A stretch of DNA of 64,000 nucleotides. Origin: a virus. The notes beneath the pieces are model-generated. The model saw only the letters and a program-made list of their open reading frames with translations, did no database searches and had not been told where the DNA came from. The stretch lies in IMG/VR virus record IMGVR_UViG_3300021401_000004, positions 28,961 through 92,960 of that record, one strand, 5' to 3'. Made by a program: the position numbers and the translations under genes. Shown in pieces: positions 48,051 through 56,902 of this stretch. The stretch's first letter is position 1, and each line of letters opens with the position of its first letter.

Positions 48051-48728
48051 TTAGCTTTCCAAATTAAACAGAGCCGTGTTCATGCCGGGTTGCCGCGAAA
48101 ACGCTTTGCGAACTATGCTTCGATACTTTATGCCCGTGACCAGGGGCTTGGAAGGAACATCGTCGCTTCGAACGAACGTCGGAAACGCCAACCAACCTCG
48201 GCCAGCAACATCTGCATTTGATTCTCCGGCGAGTTTACCAACATCCTGGCGAAATCCGATTCGTAGGCGTTGAGCCGTTTCCATAGAGATTCCTCGGGAT
48301 CGCAAAAAGGATTGGGCTTCGGGCGAGTTCTTGAGCGCGTTTTCCAAACGCCCGTATTCTTCGAGGCTGTACGTTTTCCGGACTTTCGATTCTTCTTGCC
48401 CGATAGGTTTAAAGACTTGAGAGACTTTTTCTGCATTTTGACTCCATTCCGAGCAATAGTTGCGGACAATTCCTACGGACGCCCGAAAGTCACAATTATC
48501 AGTTTGCTGGAGCAATTTGAAAATATCGCCGCTGGCCCCGCATGAAAGGCATTTGTAGATATACGTGTTTTCGTGCAACCAGATGTCGAAGTTAGTCGCA
48601 TGCTTGTCCGAATGAAATGGACACGGGCCTCGCCATCTCCGCCCGTCCTGCTTCAGAGACAGCTTCGCCCGATACAGATCAAGTATCTTGGGATGCTGCT
48701 TGAGTTCCTGCAAAGAGGATTCGGGCAT
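48051..48728 (-). CDS. Primase N-terminal part (CHC2 zinc finger)
   Basis: CPFH.D..C.SCG..GD; FL.SRGI; FP..KYR..LFN. Confidence 0.85.
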   Translation of the reverse strand: MPESSLQELKQHPKILDLYRAKLSLKQDGRRWRGPCPFHSDKHATNFDIWLHENTYIYKCLSCGASGDIFKLLQQTDNCDFRASVGIVRNYCSEWSQNAEKVSQVFKPIGQEESKVRKTYSLEEYGRLENALKNSPEAQSFLRSRGISMETAQRLRIGFRQDVGKLAGESNADVAGRGWLAFPTFVRSDDVPSKPLVTGIKYRSIVRKAFSRQPGMNTALFNLES

Positions 48729-48949
48729 CAGTATTTGGGGTCTTTCCTGAGTTGCCCGAAGGCATCCCAATCAAAATCACTAAAGCTGTTTTGCTCACTA
48801 ACCGAATCTAGTTTAGCGAGCACTTGCCCGTTATCTATCGTGAATTCCCTCGACCACCCGTACCAAGCGTACGAGCCTTCGGGATGCGGATTCAACTTCT
48901 TCCACAATTCCTCGGCTTGCTTGAGTTCTTGTAGGCTAGTTTCGGGCAT
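48728..48949 (-). CDS. Hypothetical protein sharing its N-terminus with the primase
   Basis: MPETSLQELKQ versus [11 protein letters not shown]; coupled on both sides. Confidence 0.6.
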   Translation of the reverse strand: MPETSLQELKQAEELWKKLNPHPEGSYAWYGWSREFTIDNGQVLAKLDSVSEQNSFSDFDWDAFGQLRKDPKY

Positions 48950-49743
48950 TAGTACGCATCTCGGATTTTCTTCTCGTCAATCTTCTTGATTTCTAACTCG
49001 GTCTCAATGTTGAAAGCGATCTTGAGGGCTTTGGCGTGGAGATTTTCTAGTTGCTCCTGAATACGGGTGCCCATACCGTTTAGAACTTGGTGGACGGCAG
49101 TTCCGATCTTTTCGGGCGATTCCCAGCTACGGCCAAGGCTCACGCCGCTGGCTCGCTCGAAGGCGTGTACTTTCTTCTGGAGTTCTTTGAGTTCTTGAGC
49201 CTCGTAATTGTGTGCCCTGTGGTATTCGTCGGCCTCGTGTTTGCCCGCAATACGTCCGCGTTTGTAAGATGCCTCTTCTCCAACTTGGTTCTGAATCTGG
49301 CGAAGCACGGCGGCCAAGAAATTTCTATCGGGTTGTGGTTCGGGCTCTGCTAGTTTGGCCTCTGTCTTTATGCGGAGGGAATCTCCGGGAGCTTTGGGCA
49401 CGATGAGCCCCCAGCCTTTCGGCAATTCACCTTCTTGAACAATGTTTTCGTCCCCGACAGCCAAATACCAGCGGTCGCAGTATTGCGCGATTGCTTCTGC
49501 CTTTTCGGGCATTGAAAGCTCCTTCAGCCAATCGCTACGGCGAACCTTGACTTCTATACCGATAATTTCTAGCCCGCGAGACGGCCATAATGACATCACT
49601 AAAGCATCGCAATGCCGCCGACACCCGAAGCCCGTAGAATTTCCAACTTCGGTAAGCAGAGCATAGGCATCCGGTGGATACTTTTCCCGAAGTAATTGAA
49701 TCATTTCGGCAGCCGTAGAAACTATTGGCCGATCTTTCTTCAT
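48949..49743 (-). CDS. PD-(D/E)xK nuclease-fold (MmcB-like) protein
   Basis: EV...TG..R..DA....WPSRG....EVKV.RSDW..EL..P.K, ELP.GWGL. Confidence 0.7.
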   Translation of the reverse strand: MKKDRPIVSTAAEMIQLLREKYPPDAYALLTEVGNSTGFGCRRHCDALVMSLWPSRGLEIIGIEVKVRRSDWLKELSMPEKAEAIAQYCDRWYLAVGDENIVQEGELPKGWGLIVPKAPGDSLRIKTEAKLAEPEPQPDRNFLAAVLRQIQNQVGEEASYKRGRIAGKHEADEYHRAHNYEAQELKELQKKVHAFERASGVSLGRSWESPEKIGTAVHQVLNGMGTRIQEQLENLHAKALKIAFNIETELEIKKIDEKKIRDAY

Positions 49744-50166
49744 CGCCCGCGCCTCCAAAGATACAGAATACCCAAAGTATTTACGGGCGTCAATACCACG
49801 ACCGCCCACATCATCCAAAGTTCAGGGTGGGTAAAGTGACCGTGGTAGATCATGCTTTATGCTCTAGAGTTCGGGCTTCCGTGAATTCAATGATTTCCCG
49901 CAGGCAGTTGCCGTCGAAGTCGCAGTCGGCAACTGTACGGAAAACGTACTTCCTCCAAGCTCCGCGCCACATGATTGCTCCGAGAATGCCGCCCGAAGCC
50001 TTGGATTTCACGATCCAGATGCTAGTCTTGCCGCTCGCGGTCTTACATTCGAATTCGAAATCCAGAAATTGATCCATAAACCTCGTTTCCTTTCGATTTA
50101 AGCGTTTCGGCCATCCTACCGCTCGCCCCTCGCCCGAACCTTCGTGCACGGGCGAGGAAAGCGGGT

Positions 50167-50787
50167 TTAAAGGGTATCCTCGATGAGATTCTGCTCCGCA
50201 ACTTCGGCTTCCAGCAACTTTCGGGCTTCCTCGGCGGCCTTAGCGACTTCGTTTTCCGTACTGACCCGAATAAGCTCCTCGGTCTTTCGGGCGTCCGATG
50301 CCCGCTTCGCCCGAACAAACAAAAGTTGCTCGGCAGCCTCGGTAAACGTCTTGGCCGCCTGACGGACAAGGAAATCGTCGCCCGAAATGTTCCCCCAGAA
50401 CTCGGAGAAGGCGGATTTGATGTCTGCGGGCGAGTGGGTAGCCATAAGTCGCCCGATAGCTGCTTGCTGATCTCGATTGAACAGAACTTGGTTGTCTGAT
50501 ATAGCGGCTAAGTCGTTAAGCAAAGAAAACAGATCGCCTTTGGGCTTGAGTTGGATAATGCCCGTACACAACCCTGGGGCAATCTTCAGGAATTCGGTTA
50601 ACGGACCTTTCTTGAACAGATCGCCTTTACGGGTATCCGCCCATTCGTCAAAAGCCTCTTGGAGCTTCCGCTCGCCAAAGACCTCGGATAGTTGCATAAC
50701 CTGCTTCCAGACATCCCATTGTTCGGGCTCTGGATTGGTGCCAAGAACCAGCAGGCAAGTCTTATGAATTTTCTTCTTGATTGACAT
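50167..50787 (-). CDS. Hypothetical replication-region protein
   Basis: GGAG ribosome-binding site; helical ORF. Confidence 0.6.
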   Translation of the reverse strand: MSIKKKIHKTCLLVLGTNPEPEQWDVWKQVMQLSEVFGERKLQEAFDEWADTRKGDLFKKGPLTEFLKIAPGLCTGIIQLKPKGDLFSLLNDLAAISDNQVLFNRDQQAAIGRLMATHSPADIKSAFSEFWGNISGDDFLVRQAAKTFTEAAEQLLFVRAKRASDARKTEELIRVSTENEVAKAAEEARKLLEAEVAEQNLIEDTL

Positions 50788-51286
50788 TCAGTTCTCCGAG
50801 GCAGGAAAAAGGGTTTTCTTCCCTTACCTCTACTTCACTTACTTCACTTACTTTACTTACTTTACTTACTTTACTTACTTGCTTTACTTGCTTTACTTCC
50901 TTGGTAAGCTGGCGCTTAGCTTTTGCTAAGCCACCGCTACGCCCCCGCTCAGCTAATGCTTCGCGTTTGTCTAGCAAACGCTGCCAATCCCTCATCACCC
51001 GCCCATGAGCCAGCATTTCTTTCCCGTCCACAATTTCCGTGTAGAAGCGAGCAACTACTTTATTTTTGTTGGACATCCAGAAATCTTTGGTATCACAGTC
51101 TGCGAGCATCCAGAGAATATCGTCGTCTTTGGGGAGGTACGGGCGAGTGCTATGAAAGAAAGCAGCCTGCAAGAGCGTGCGATACAGGAATTTCTCCGAC
51201 TGATTCATTTTCCGGACAAACAGATCGGACTGGAATTCTTCTTCGTTCCATGGTTGATAGAAAGCCTTATCTTGCCCGTTAAGCAT
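50762..51286 (-). CDS. Putative replication initiator-like protein (DUF1376/YdaU-like)
   Basis: F..D.....M...E...Y..LL..LP.DD..L..A, GR.GG..K, then a low-complexity repeat. Confidence 0.55.
   Translation of the reverse strand: MLNGQDKAFYQPWNEEEFQSDLFVRKMNQSEKFLYRTLLQAAFFHSTRPYLPKDDDILWMLADCDTKDFWMSNKNKVVARFYTEIVDGKEMLAHGRVMRDWQRLLDKREALAERGRSGGLAKAKRQLTKEVKQVKQVSKVSKVSKVSEVSEVEVREENPFSCLGELNVNQEENS
50831..50902. repeat. 8 x 9-bp tandem repeat (TACTTnnnT), AT-rich
   Basis: tacttcact x2, tactttact x3, tacttgctt x2, tacttcctt. Confidence 0.9.
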
Positions 51287-51869
51287 TGACCGTTCCAATC
51301 TTAGCATGTCTGAGCATGTAATCTGCGATCAGAAGGATGTCAGACAAAGTGGCGTCGTTCTTTATTCGGTTGGCTTTTTCTGATATAACCGCGATGTTAT
51401 CGGGCGTGTAGCCTTTGGAGGAATCAATGCGATCCAAAGACGGGGAATTAGCACAGCGAATTTTTATCCCGTGTCTTAACTCGATTCCAAGAACGGGACA
51501 ATATTTGGGTATCACGATATCCTGGTGCGCGAGAGTGCAAACCCATCCCTTTTTCTTCGCCCGCTTGCGGGCCTGAATCAGCATTTGTCCAACACGGTTA
51601 ATTTTTCTCCACTGATTGTTTAATTGTCTAAACTTCGGTTTATTGTTGGAAAAATAACTCTTGTTGTATTCCTCGATACTCGCCTTATTTTCTGGTTTAC
51701 TTCTCCATCTTTTCCCCCGTCTTTGCCTGCCGACCTTGGCTTGTTCTGGATGGCTGCTATCATATTCTCGGTTGTAGCAGGTTTTACACAACCCGTTGCT
51801 ATAATGTTTCTTTTCGGGATGACATTGGGGAGGTTTGCCTCTAAAGGGCCGCAAGGAAATCTTGTTCAT
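51279..51869 (-). CDS. HNH-type homing endonuclease
   Basis: AR.RAKK, IP..CPVLG, SPSLDRID..KGY...N..VIS..AN.IK. Confidence 0.82.
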   Translation of the reverse strand: MNKISLRPFRGKPPQCHPEKKHYSNGLCKTCYNREYDSSHPEQAKVGRQRRGKRWRSKPENKASIEEYNKSYFSNNKPKFRQLNNQWRKINRVGQMLIQARKRAKKKGWVCTLAHQDIVIPKYCPVLGIELRHGIKIRCANSPSLDRIDSSKGYTPDNIAVISEKANRIKNDATLSDILLIADYMLRHAKIGTVNA

Positions 51870-52689
51870 CTGTTTTCTCCCTCTTCGGAACTCTACGCAA
51901 GTGTTTCAATCTATCGTACAACTTGAAGCAACACGAGAAGGTTTCTCGATCCAAATCAAAAGTTTCGGGTCCATATTTTCTATCTTCAAAGGACCCATCA
52001 GTCTTATCCAGCCGCAAGGCCCAGCGGGTTGCGGGCAATTCTCCGAACTCCTCGGCGTGCATCATGGCGTACGCGGTCATTTGCAGAGCGACTTCGGGGT
52101 AGATGAATTTCGTGGACTTGTAGTCGAGCACCGACAATTGCCCGTCAATATGCCCGATGAAATCCGGTCGCCCGCAAATCTTGAGAATCCGGCTGTATTG
52201 GGCTTCCTCGACTCGTAGGGGTTTGACTTCGTGCTTGGAGAACCAACCTAAAGCAGCGTGGATGCAATTAACCACTTTCGGATCGTCTGCGGGTAAGGTG
52301 AGGCTGTTGATATACTGGCCGCCGTTCAGTTCTTGCCGAGATTTCCACCATGTAGCGAGAAGATCATGTACGTTCGTCCCAATATCCGCCGCTTCCTGCC
52401 GGGTCCGGTCGTGGGCGGTTCGGGCTTGCTCGACAATCTTGAAAACATCCTGTACGGAAAACGAATCGCCCGATATCAACAGCTTCAGGTTGTCTTCAAC
52501 GTAGTTGCAAGCGCACTTTACGCCCCATTCTACGAGTGCGGGCTTCGCCAAGACGTTCAAAATAGTCGTCACGGAAGGGCAATGTTCGGGCTTGCTGCCC
52601 GAATCCGACACCTTATACCGATGTGATTTCTCCGCAAACGTGAGAACAACTTCTCCGTTGTACAACTTGAATTCCTGTTTATCGGGCAC
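51841..52689 (-). CDS. PD-(D/E)xK (Cas4-like) exonuclease
   Basis: PSVTTIL..L.KP.L..W, GT.VH, G..D...DYKS, Q..AY. Confidence 0.8.
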   Translation of the reverse strand: MPDKQEFKLYNGEVVLTFAEKSHRYKVSDSGSKPEHCPSVTTILNVLAKPALVEWGVKCACNYVEDNLKLLISGDSFSVQDVFKIVEQARTAHDRTRQEAADIGTNVHDLLATWWKSRQELNGGQYINSLTLPADDPKVVNCIHAALGWFSKHEVKPLRVEEAQYSRILKICGRPDFIGHIDGQLSVLDYKSTKFIYPEVALQMTAYAMMHAEEFGELPATRWALRLDKTDGSFEDRKYGPETFDLDRETFSCCFKLYDRLKHLRRVPKREKTDEQDFLAAL

Positions 52690-52703
52690 GCCTACACTTC
52701 TTT

Positions 52704-53168
52704 CTAAATGATTGCAGTTTGTGACTCTCGCTCTCGTCTGCGGGCGTCCGCTTGGAAGTGATGGGGCTTGCACAGCCAAACGACTTCGAGGGGTTTTGAA
52801 TAGTCCTCGTGATGGGCTTGAGACTTTTCATTGCCGCAAATTTCGCACGGAAGGCGGGACAATTTTCCCCATCTGATGGCATTATTTAAAATAGTCTTTG
52901 CCACCCACCTGTCTGGATGTTGTTTCTTGTATTCTGCTTGAGCGCGGACCCTTAGCGCGATCCTATGCGGAAGTTTTTCCCGCTCTCTATCATATTTCCG
53001 AACTTCTTCTAGTTTCGATTCACGGTGAATAATTGAGTCTTTCTTACTGCACTCCTTGCAGTTTCCTCGCAGACCGTCAGTCGTTTGCGGGTGGGCGTAG
53101 AAATCCGCCCGCGTCTTGGTAATCCCGCATTTGAAGCAAGTCTTGGGATCAGAAGGGCACGGAGTCAA
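52704..53168 (-). CDS. HNH-like Zn-finger protein
   Basis: CFKC..K....FY..CKEC; PCE.CG...AHH.DYSKPL.V.WLC..HH. Confidence 0.75.
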   Translation of the reverse strand: MTPCPSDPKTCFKCGITKTRADFYAHPQTTDGLRGNCKECSKKDSIIHRESKLEEVRKYDREREKLPHRIALRVRAQAEYKKQHPDRWVAKTILNNAIRWGKLSRLPCEICGNEKSQAHHEDYSKPLEVVWLCKPHHFQADARRRERESQTAII

Positions 53169-53523
53169 TATCTACCTCTTGCTGCGCTTGCGGGCGATTC
53201 GCGGGCTTCGAGTCCGTTTTCCGTACTTCGAAAGCATTCGCCACGACTTCGGTAACCGTGACCTCGACGCCTGTTTTGTTAGTGTACTTTCGGGTCGTCA
53301 GACGCCCGTAGACCGTAAGTTTCGATCCCTTGCGAAGCTGGTTGCCCGCAGTCTCCGCGAGCGGGCCCCAGGCAACTACGTTAAACCAGAAGGGGTCTTT
53401 CTTATTCTCCCCGAACCCGTTATCGACCGCGATTGAAAAGTTAGCGACAGACTTGCCCGTAGTCGTGCTCTTGAGCTCGACATCACGGCCAAGCGTTCCG
53501 TCCAAAACAACGAGGTTAATCAT
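53149..53523 (-). CDS. ssb: Single-stranded DNA-binding protein
   Basis: N.V.L.G.LGRD.EL, NFSIAV, W..VVAWG..AE, L.KGS...V.GRL, acidic DSVPF tail. Confidence 0.93.
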   Translation of the reverse strand: MINLVVLDGTLGRDVELKSTTTGKSVANFSIAVDNGFGENKKDPFWFNVVAWGPLAETAGNQLRKGSKLTVYGRLTTRKYTNKTGVEVTVTEVVANAFEVRKTDSKPANRPQAQQEVDIDSVPF

Positions 53524-53868
53524 TTCTTCTCCTATTTCCAAGCCTGATTAAAAGTTATCGTGCAAGCTAGCCCGCAGACAATCATCGCGAGCAAGCTCGG
53601 AAGACTGGCGGTAAACGCGAATAAAAGCAAGTGCGCTAGCCCGACAAGACACGCTGCTAGCCAGAGTAGTTTGTAGTAGATCATCTAAACCTCGTAATAA
53701 CTGTCTCGGGCGACGATTTCTTCGTTCGTGAATCCTGCCCGTTTTAAAGCCTCGACTTCACTATCGCTTGAGGAATTTTCGGTTCTTACCGTCTGGTAAA
53801 TCAATTCCATAAGTAGAAGCTCTACGGGCGTCCGTTTTGACTTTGTCATATCTCCTCCGTTTTCCGTA

Positions 53869-54166
53869 CTAGATTCTTTGTTCTGCCGCGAACTTGTATT
53901 CGGGCAACCGAATCATACCAGCCCTGAACGCCCGAATCAAGCGGTACTCGTCGAGCGATAAATCCTTCTTGTCCCGATTACACCCGAGGCAGGAAGTTAC
54001 GATCTTGGTTCCTCCCTGCGACTGCGGAACGATATGATCTTTGGTCTTGATATCGGGCGGCGGGATCGACTTTGGATTGATACTTCCACGACCAAACCGC
54101 TCGCCCGCAATAGAAGCAGAACGAATCCGGATGCCCGAGTAGCCCGCCATTTGCGAGGACGACCAT
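53869..54166 (-). pseudogene. Frameshifted HNH endonuclease
   Basis: CFYCG is in one frame; TKDHIVP.S.GG..C..CN..K is in another. Confidence 0.6.
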
Positions 54167-55194
54167 TATTTTCCTCCGAGCAACTCCTTCAGCTTTCCTT
54201 CTGATTCCGCGGCTTCTAATCGGGCGACCAACTCGTTCATTTTCTGAACTGGAATGTCGTTCGTTATCTGAACGCCCGATTCCTTCAATAAATACTCTCG
54301 GATGCCCGTAAATCCTTTGTCCTTCAGTTTGATTAACCGCGCCATGAAAGCTTTTCGCTCGTCGTCAGTAGCGAGCCTCGCGGGGTTCTCACCTACCATT
54401 GACTTTCCAGGATTGACGGGCGGTTCAGGGTCGCCCGGAAAGATAACATCGGCGTCAGTAATAGGATTTTCGGGCGTTATGGTGTTGGAAACAGCCTTGA
54501 CATCTTGTGGAGGAGTGTATCCCACATTTTCAAGGCCGGGAAAGACTTCGTTGGTCTGTTTCGTAGCGTTGACGCCCGCAAGTCCAGCCCAAGGCTTGCC
54601 CGCATCAGGAACAGATTCTTTCTTCTTACGGGCTACGGGCTTCTGAAGCTCGGGCAACTTGCCAACGGTTACGGGCGCTACTGGCAGATTAGGGACGTTG
54701 ACACCTTGTCCAGCAGTAACGGGCGAATCCGTTTTCCGGACAAAGTTATCTCCCTGTTTCTCGAACTTCTGGCTGGCGGCATTCCCGTCGTCGTCCTCAG
54801 CGGCTACACCAACGATTGCTTGGTAAGCGTAACGACGGGCGTACGTAATCGCGCTACCTGTTCCTTGGGCGTCGAATTTGGCAATGGGAAGTTCAAGTTC
54901 GTCTTTGATCCACTCGCCCGAGGCGTGCGAAAGCAAAGTCGTGAGCAGGATATGGCCGTTATAAATCTTTCCGGGCGATTGAATGACGGCAAGTCCTTGG
55001 TCGGACAAAGCGTCAGCCGTAGCTTCGATTACGCCCGCAAGATCGGCATACTTAGATTTGAAGAAAGGGTTGTTGGCGTCCTTCAGAACGGGCTTGAACT
55101 GTTTGTGGGCGTTAGCGAGGGCTTTGGTTAGCTCGCCAATTGTGGGGGATTTCTCGAAGCCCGAAATTACGGGCAGATTTTCATTGCCTGACAT
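54166..55194 (-). CDS. ERF-family ssDNA annealing protein
   Basis: K...NP.FKSKYADL, H.SGEWI, Q..GSAITYARRY.....VG...EDDDGN. Confidence 0.9.
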   Translation of the reverse strand: MSGNENLPVISGFEKSPTIGELTKALANAHKQFKPVLKDANNPFFKSKYADLAGVIEATADALSDQGLAVIQSPGKIYNGHILLTTLLSHASGEWIKDELELPIAKFDAQGTGSAITYARRYAYQAIVGVAAEDDDGNAASQKFEKQGDNFVRKTDSPVTAGQGVNVPNLPVAPVTVGKLPELQKPVARKKKESVPDAGKPWAGLAGVNATKQTNEVFPGLENVGYTPPQDVKAVSNTITPENPITDADVIFPGDPEPPVNPGKSMVGENPARLATDDERKAFMARLIKLKDKGFTGIREYLLKESGVQITNDIPVQKMNELVARLEAAESEGKLKELLGGK

Positions 55195-55457
55195 TACTTT
55201 TTCCTTTCGAGTTTCGCGGGCAGAACTACGTAGGAGTTCCTTGTCCAGCTTGGGGTTTCTGTGCGGGCAAAGCGGCCCGAGCCATTAACAAAAGTGTAGT
55301 TCGTCGTAGCGGTAATTGCAGCTTCCGCCGATTTCCTTGTACGGAAAACGGACACTGGGTCTTCCCGACTAGCTTCCCAAAGAATAGGAAACTTATCGCC
55401 CGCATTCTTGCTGAAGTTCAAAACCCTGCGCGAAGTCTGATCGTAGACGATGAACAT
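55194..55457 (-). CDS. Hypothetical protein
   Basis: AGGAG ribosome-binding site; TAATG-coupled to the ERF gene. Confidence 0.6.
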   Translation of the reverse strand: MFIVYDQTSRRVLNFSKNAGDKFPILWEASREDPVSVFRTRKSAEAAITATTNYTFVNGSGRFARTETPSWTRNSYVVLPAKLERKK

Positions 55458-55549
55458 CGAAACTCCTATAAGTGGACGAACGGACGATCAACGGCTAGCA
55501 AGCCCGACGCCCGAAAACAGTCTAGCAAACTTTCGGGCAAGATGTCAAG

Positions 55550-55912
55550 CTATTCTTCCCACTCTATGTGGGTAGTTGCTATGTATTCCTCTTTCCAGTG
55601 GGGTTCGGCATCCAACGCCCGTAAAGCTTCTTCCTTCGTGGCGTGTATGCTTCTCCCTAGCCTTGGAACGTACCGATACACATTCACCCAACCCTCTTTC
55701 TTCTCAGAGGCCATGAAGAGGTCGTACTTGTTAGGGGTGCCGTTGTTCCAGTATTGACCGTTCTCACTGAAGCTAACTACTTCTTTTTCAACCACGGCGT
55801 GGATTCCTTGATATCGGGCGTCAGGAAATACGTGTAAACCGATTGCGGGTTTTCCCTCTCGGGTAACCACGGGCTTGCCCGCCAAAGCTTCCTGCAAATT
55901 AAAAGGTCTCAT
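55550..55912 (-). CDS. Conserved-looking phage hypothetical protein
   Basis: M.PF.L..ALAGKPVVTR.G..DLFM...EGWVNVY. Confidence 0.7.
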   Translation of the reverse strand: MRPFNLQEALAGKPVVTREGKPAIGLHVFPDARYQGIHAVVEKEVVSFSENGQYWNNGTPNKYDLFMASEKKEGWVNVYRYVPRLGRSIHATKEEALRALDAEPHWKEEYIATTHIEWEE

Positions 55913-56143
55913 GTTTTCTCCTAGACGATCTCCACTTCCACAACTTCTACGGGTTCTCCCGTTCTATCCATTTCATCGCCTGCCAGTTCCTTAGCATAAT
56001 CCAAAGCTTCCTCAGCCGTGTTAACGTCTTCTCGCTCAAAAGAAAAAGTCACCTGAAATCGCGCCATGTTTTCTCCTTGTATCGGGCGACCCGAAAGAGG
56101 CCGTCAATCAGGCCGCCCGTGTTCCAACAGTTCATTAACCGTA

Positions 56144-56902
56144 TCACGAGTCCTTGCGGGCGTCAAGAGAATTCTGGTATGTCACGAGACGGGCAATCCA
56201 GGCATAGAATTCATCTTGAGTCAGTGTTCGTTTGGCGTAATTACATTGCTTGCAGCACGGTACTACGTTGTTTTCCTTGTATCCTTCGCTGTTCCTAACG
56301 CGGTCTAATCCGTTGTATGTAAATCGGTCGCCCGTCTCAAGACGGCGAACTTGTCTCGGTTCTACCCCGCAGTAATGGCAATTCCCTTTTACTAGGGCGA
56401 AGAATACTTCCTTGGTCAGGGTGAATTCGTATCCGCGCTTCTTAGAAGTTCCCTTGTACTGTTTGTATAAATTATTCCGGGCAGCCAAACCCTCGGGCAG
56501 GCGATTGGCCGTGCAGCCACATCCTGTTGACGTGCCGTTCCGCAGGGTGGGCGCTATTACGTTTCTTTCCGTGCCGCATTTGCAGCGGCAGAGGTATTGG
56601 ACGAGAGCACCCTTGTTTTCCGATTGGCGGATTACGAACCAATCGCCATAGTGCTTGCCTGTCTCGTTCTTATGGAGTTTGCCTTTACGTTGACAATTGC
56701 AACTTGTAGATCGCCCGTCAACGAGACTAGTAGCCAAGACAGACCGCTTTGTTCCACAATCGCAAAGACAGAGAAACCTAGTTGCCCCGTTCGTGCCGTT
56801 TTCGGCGCGTTCTAGGACAATCCATTTTCCGAATCTTTGACTTGTTAAATCCCTGAATGCGAGTTGCGGATGGCTTTTTAGGGGATATTTCAGTGCTTTC
56901 AA
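56144..56902 (-). CDS. HNH-type homing endonuclease
   Basis: Two C.C.CG..S.SC modules, C.YCG, NGLDR....GY...NVVPCC..CN.AK. Confidence 0.85.
   Translation of the reverse strand: MKALKYPLKSHPQLAFRDLTSQRFGKWIVLERAENGTNGATRFLCLCDCGTKRSVLATSLVDGRSTSCNCQRKGKLHKNETGKHYGDWFVIRQSENKGALVQYLCRCKCGTERNVIAPTLRNGTSTGCGCTANRLPEGLAARNNLYKQYKGTSKKRGYEFTLTKEVFFALVKGNCHYCGVEPRQVRRLETGDRFTYNGLDRVRNSEGYKENNVVPCCKQCNYAKRTLTQDEFYAWIARLVTYQNSLDARKDS

Noticed and set aside
47447-48051. Group I intron or intein in the primase
   Set aside because: There is no non-coding flank, no P7 elements, and the insert is a separate ORF with stops.
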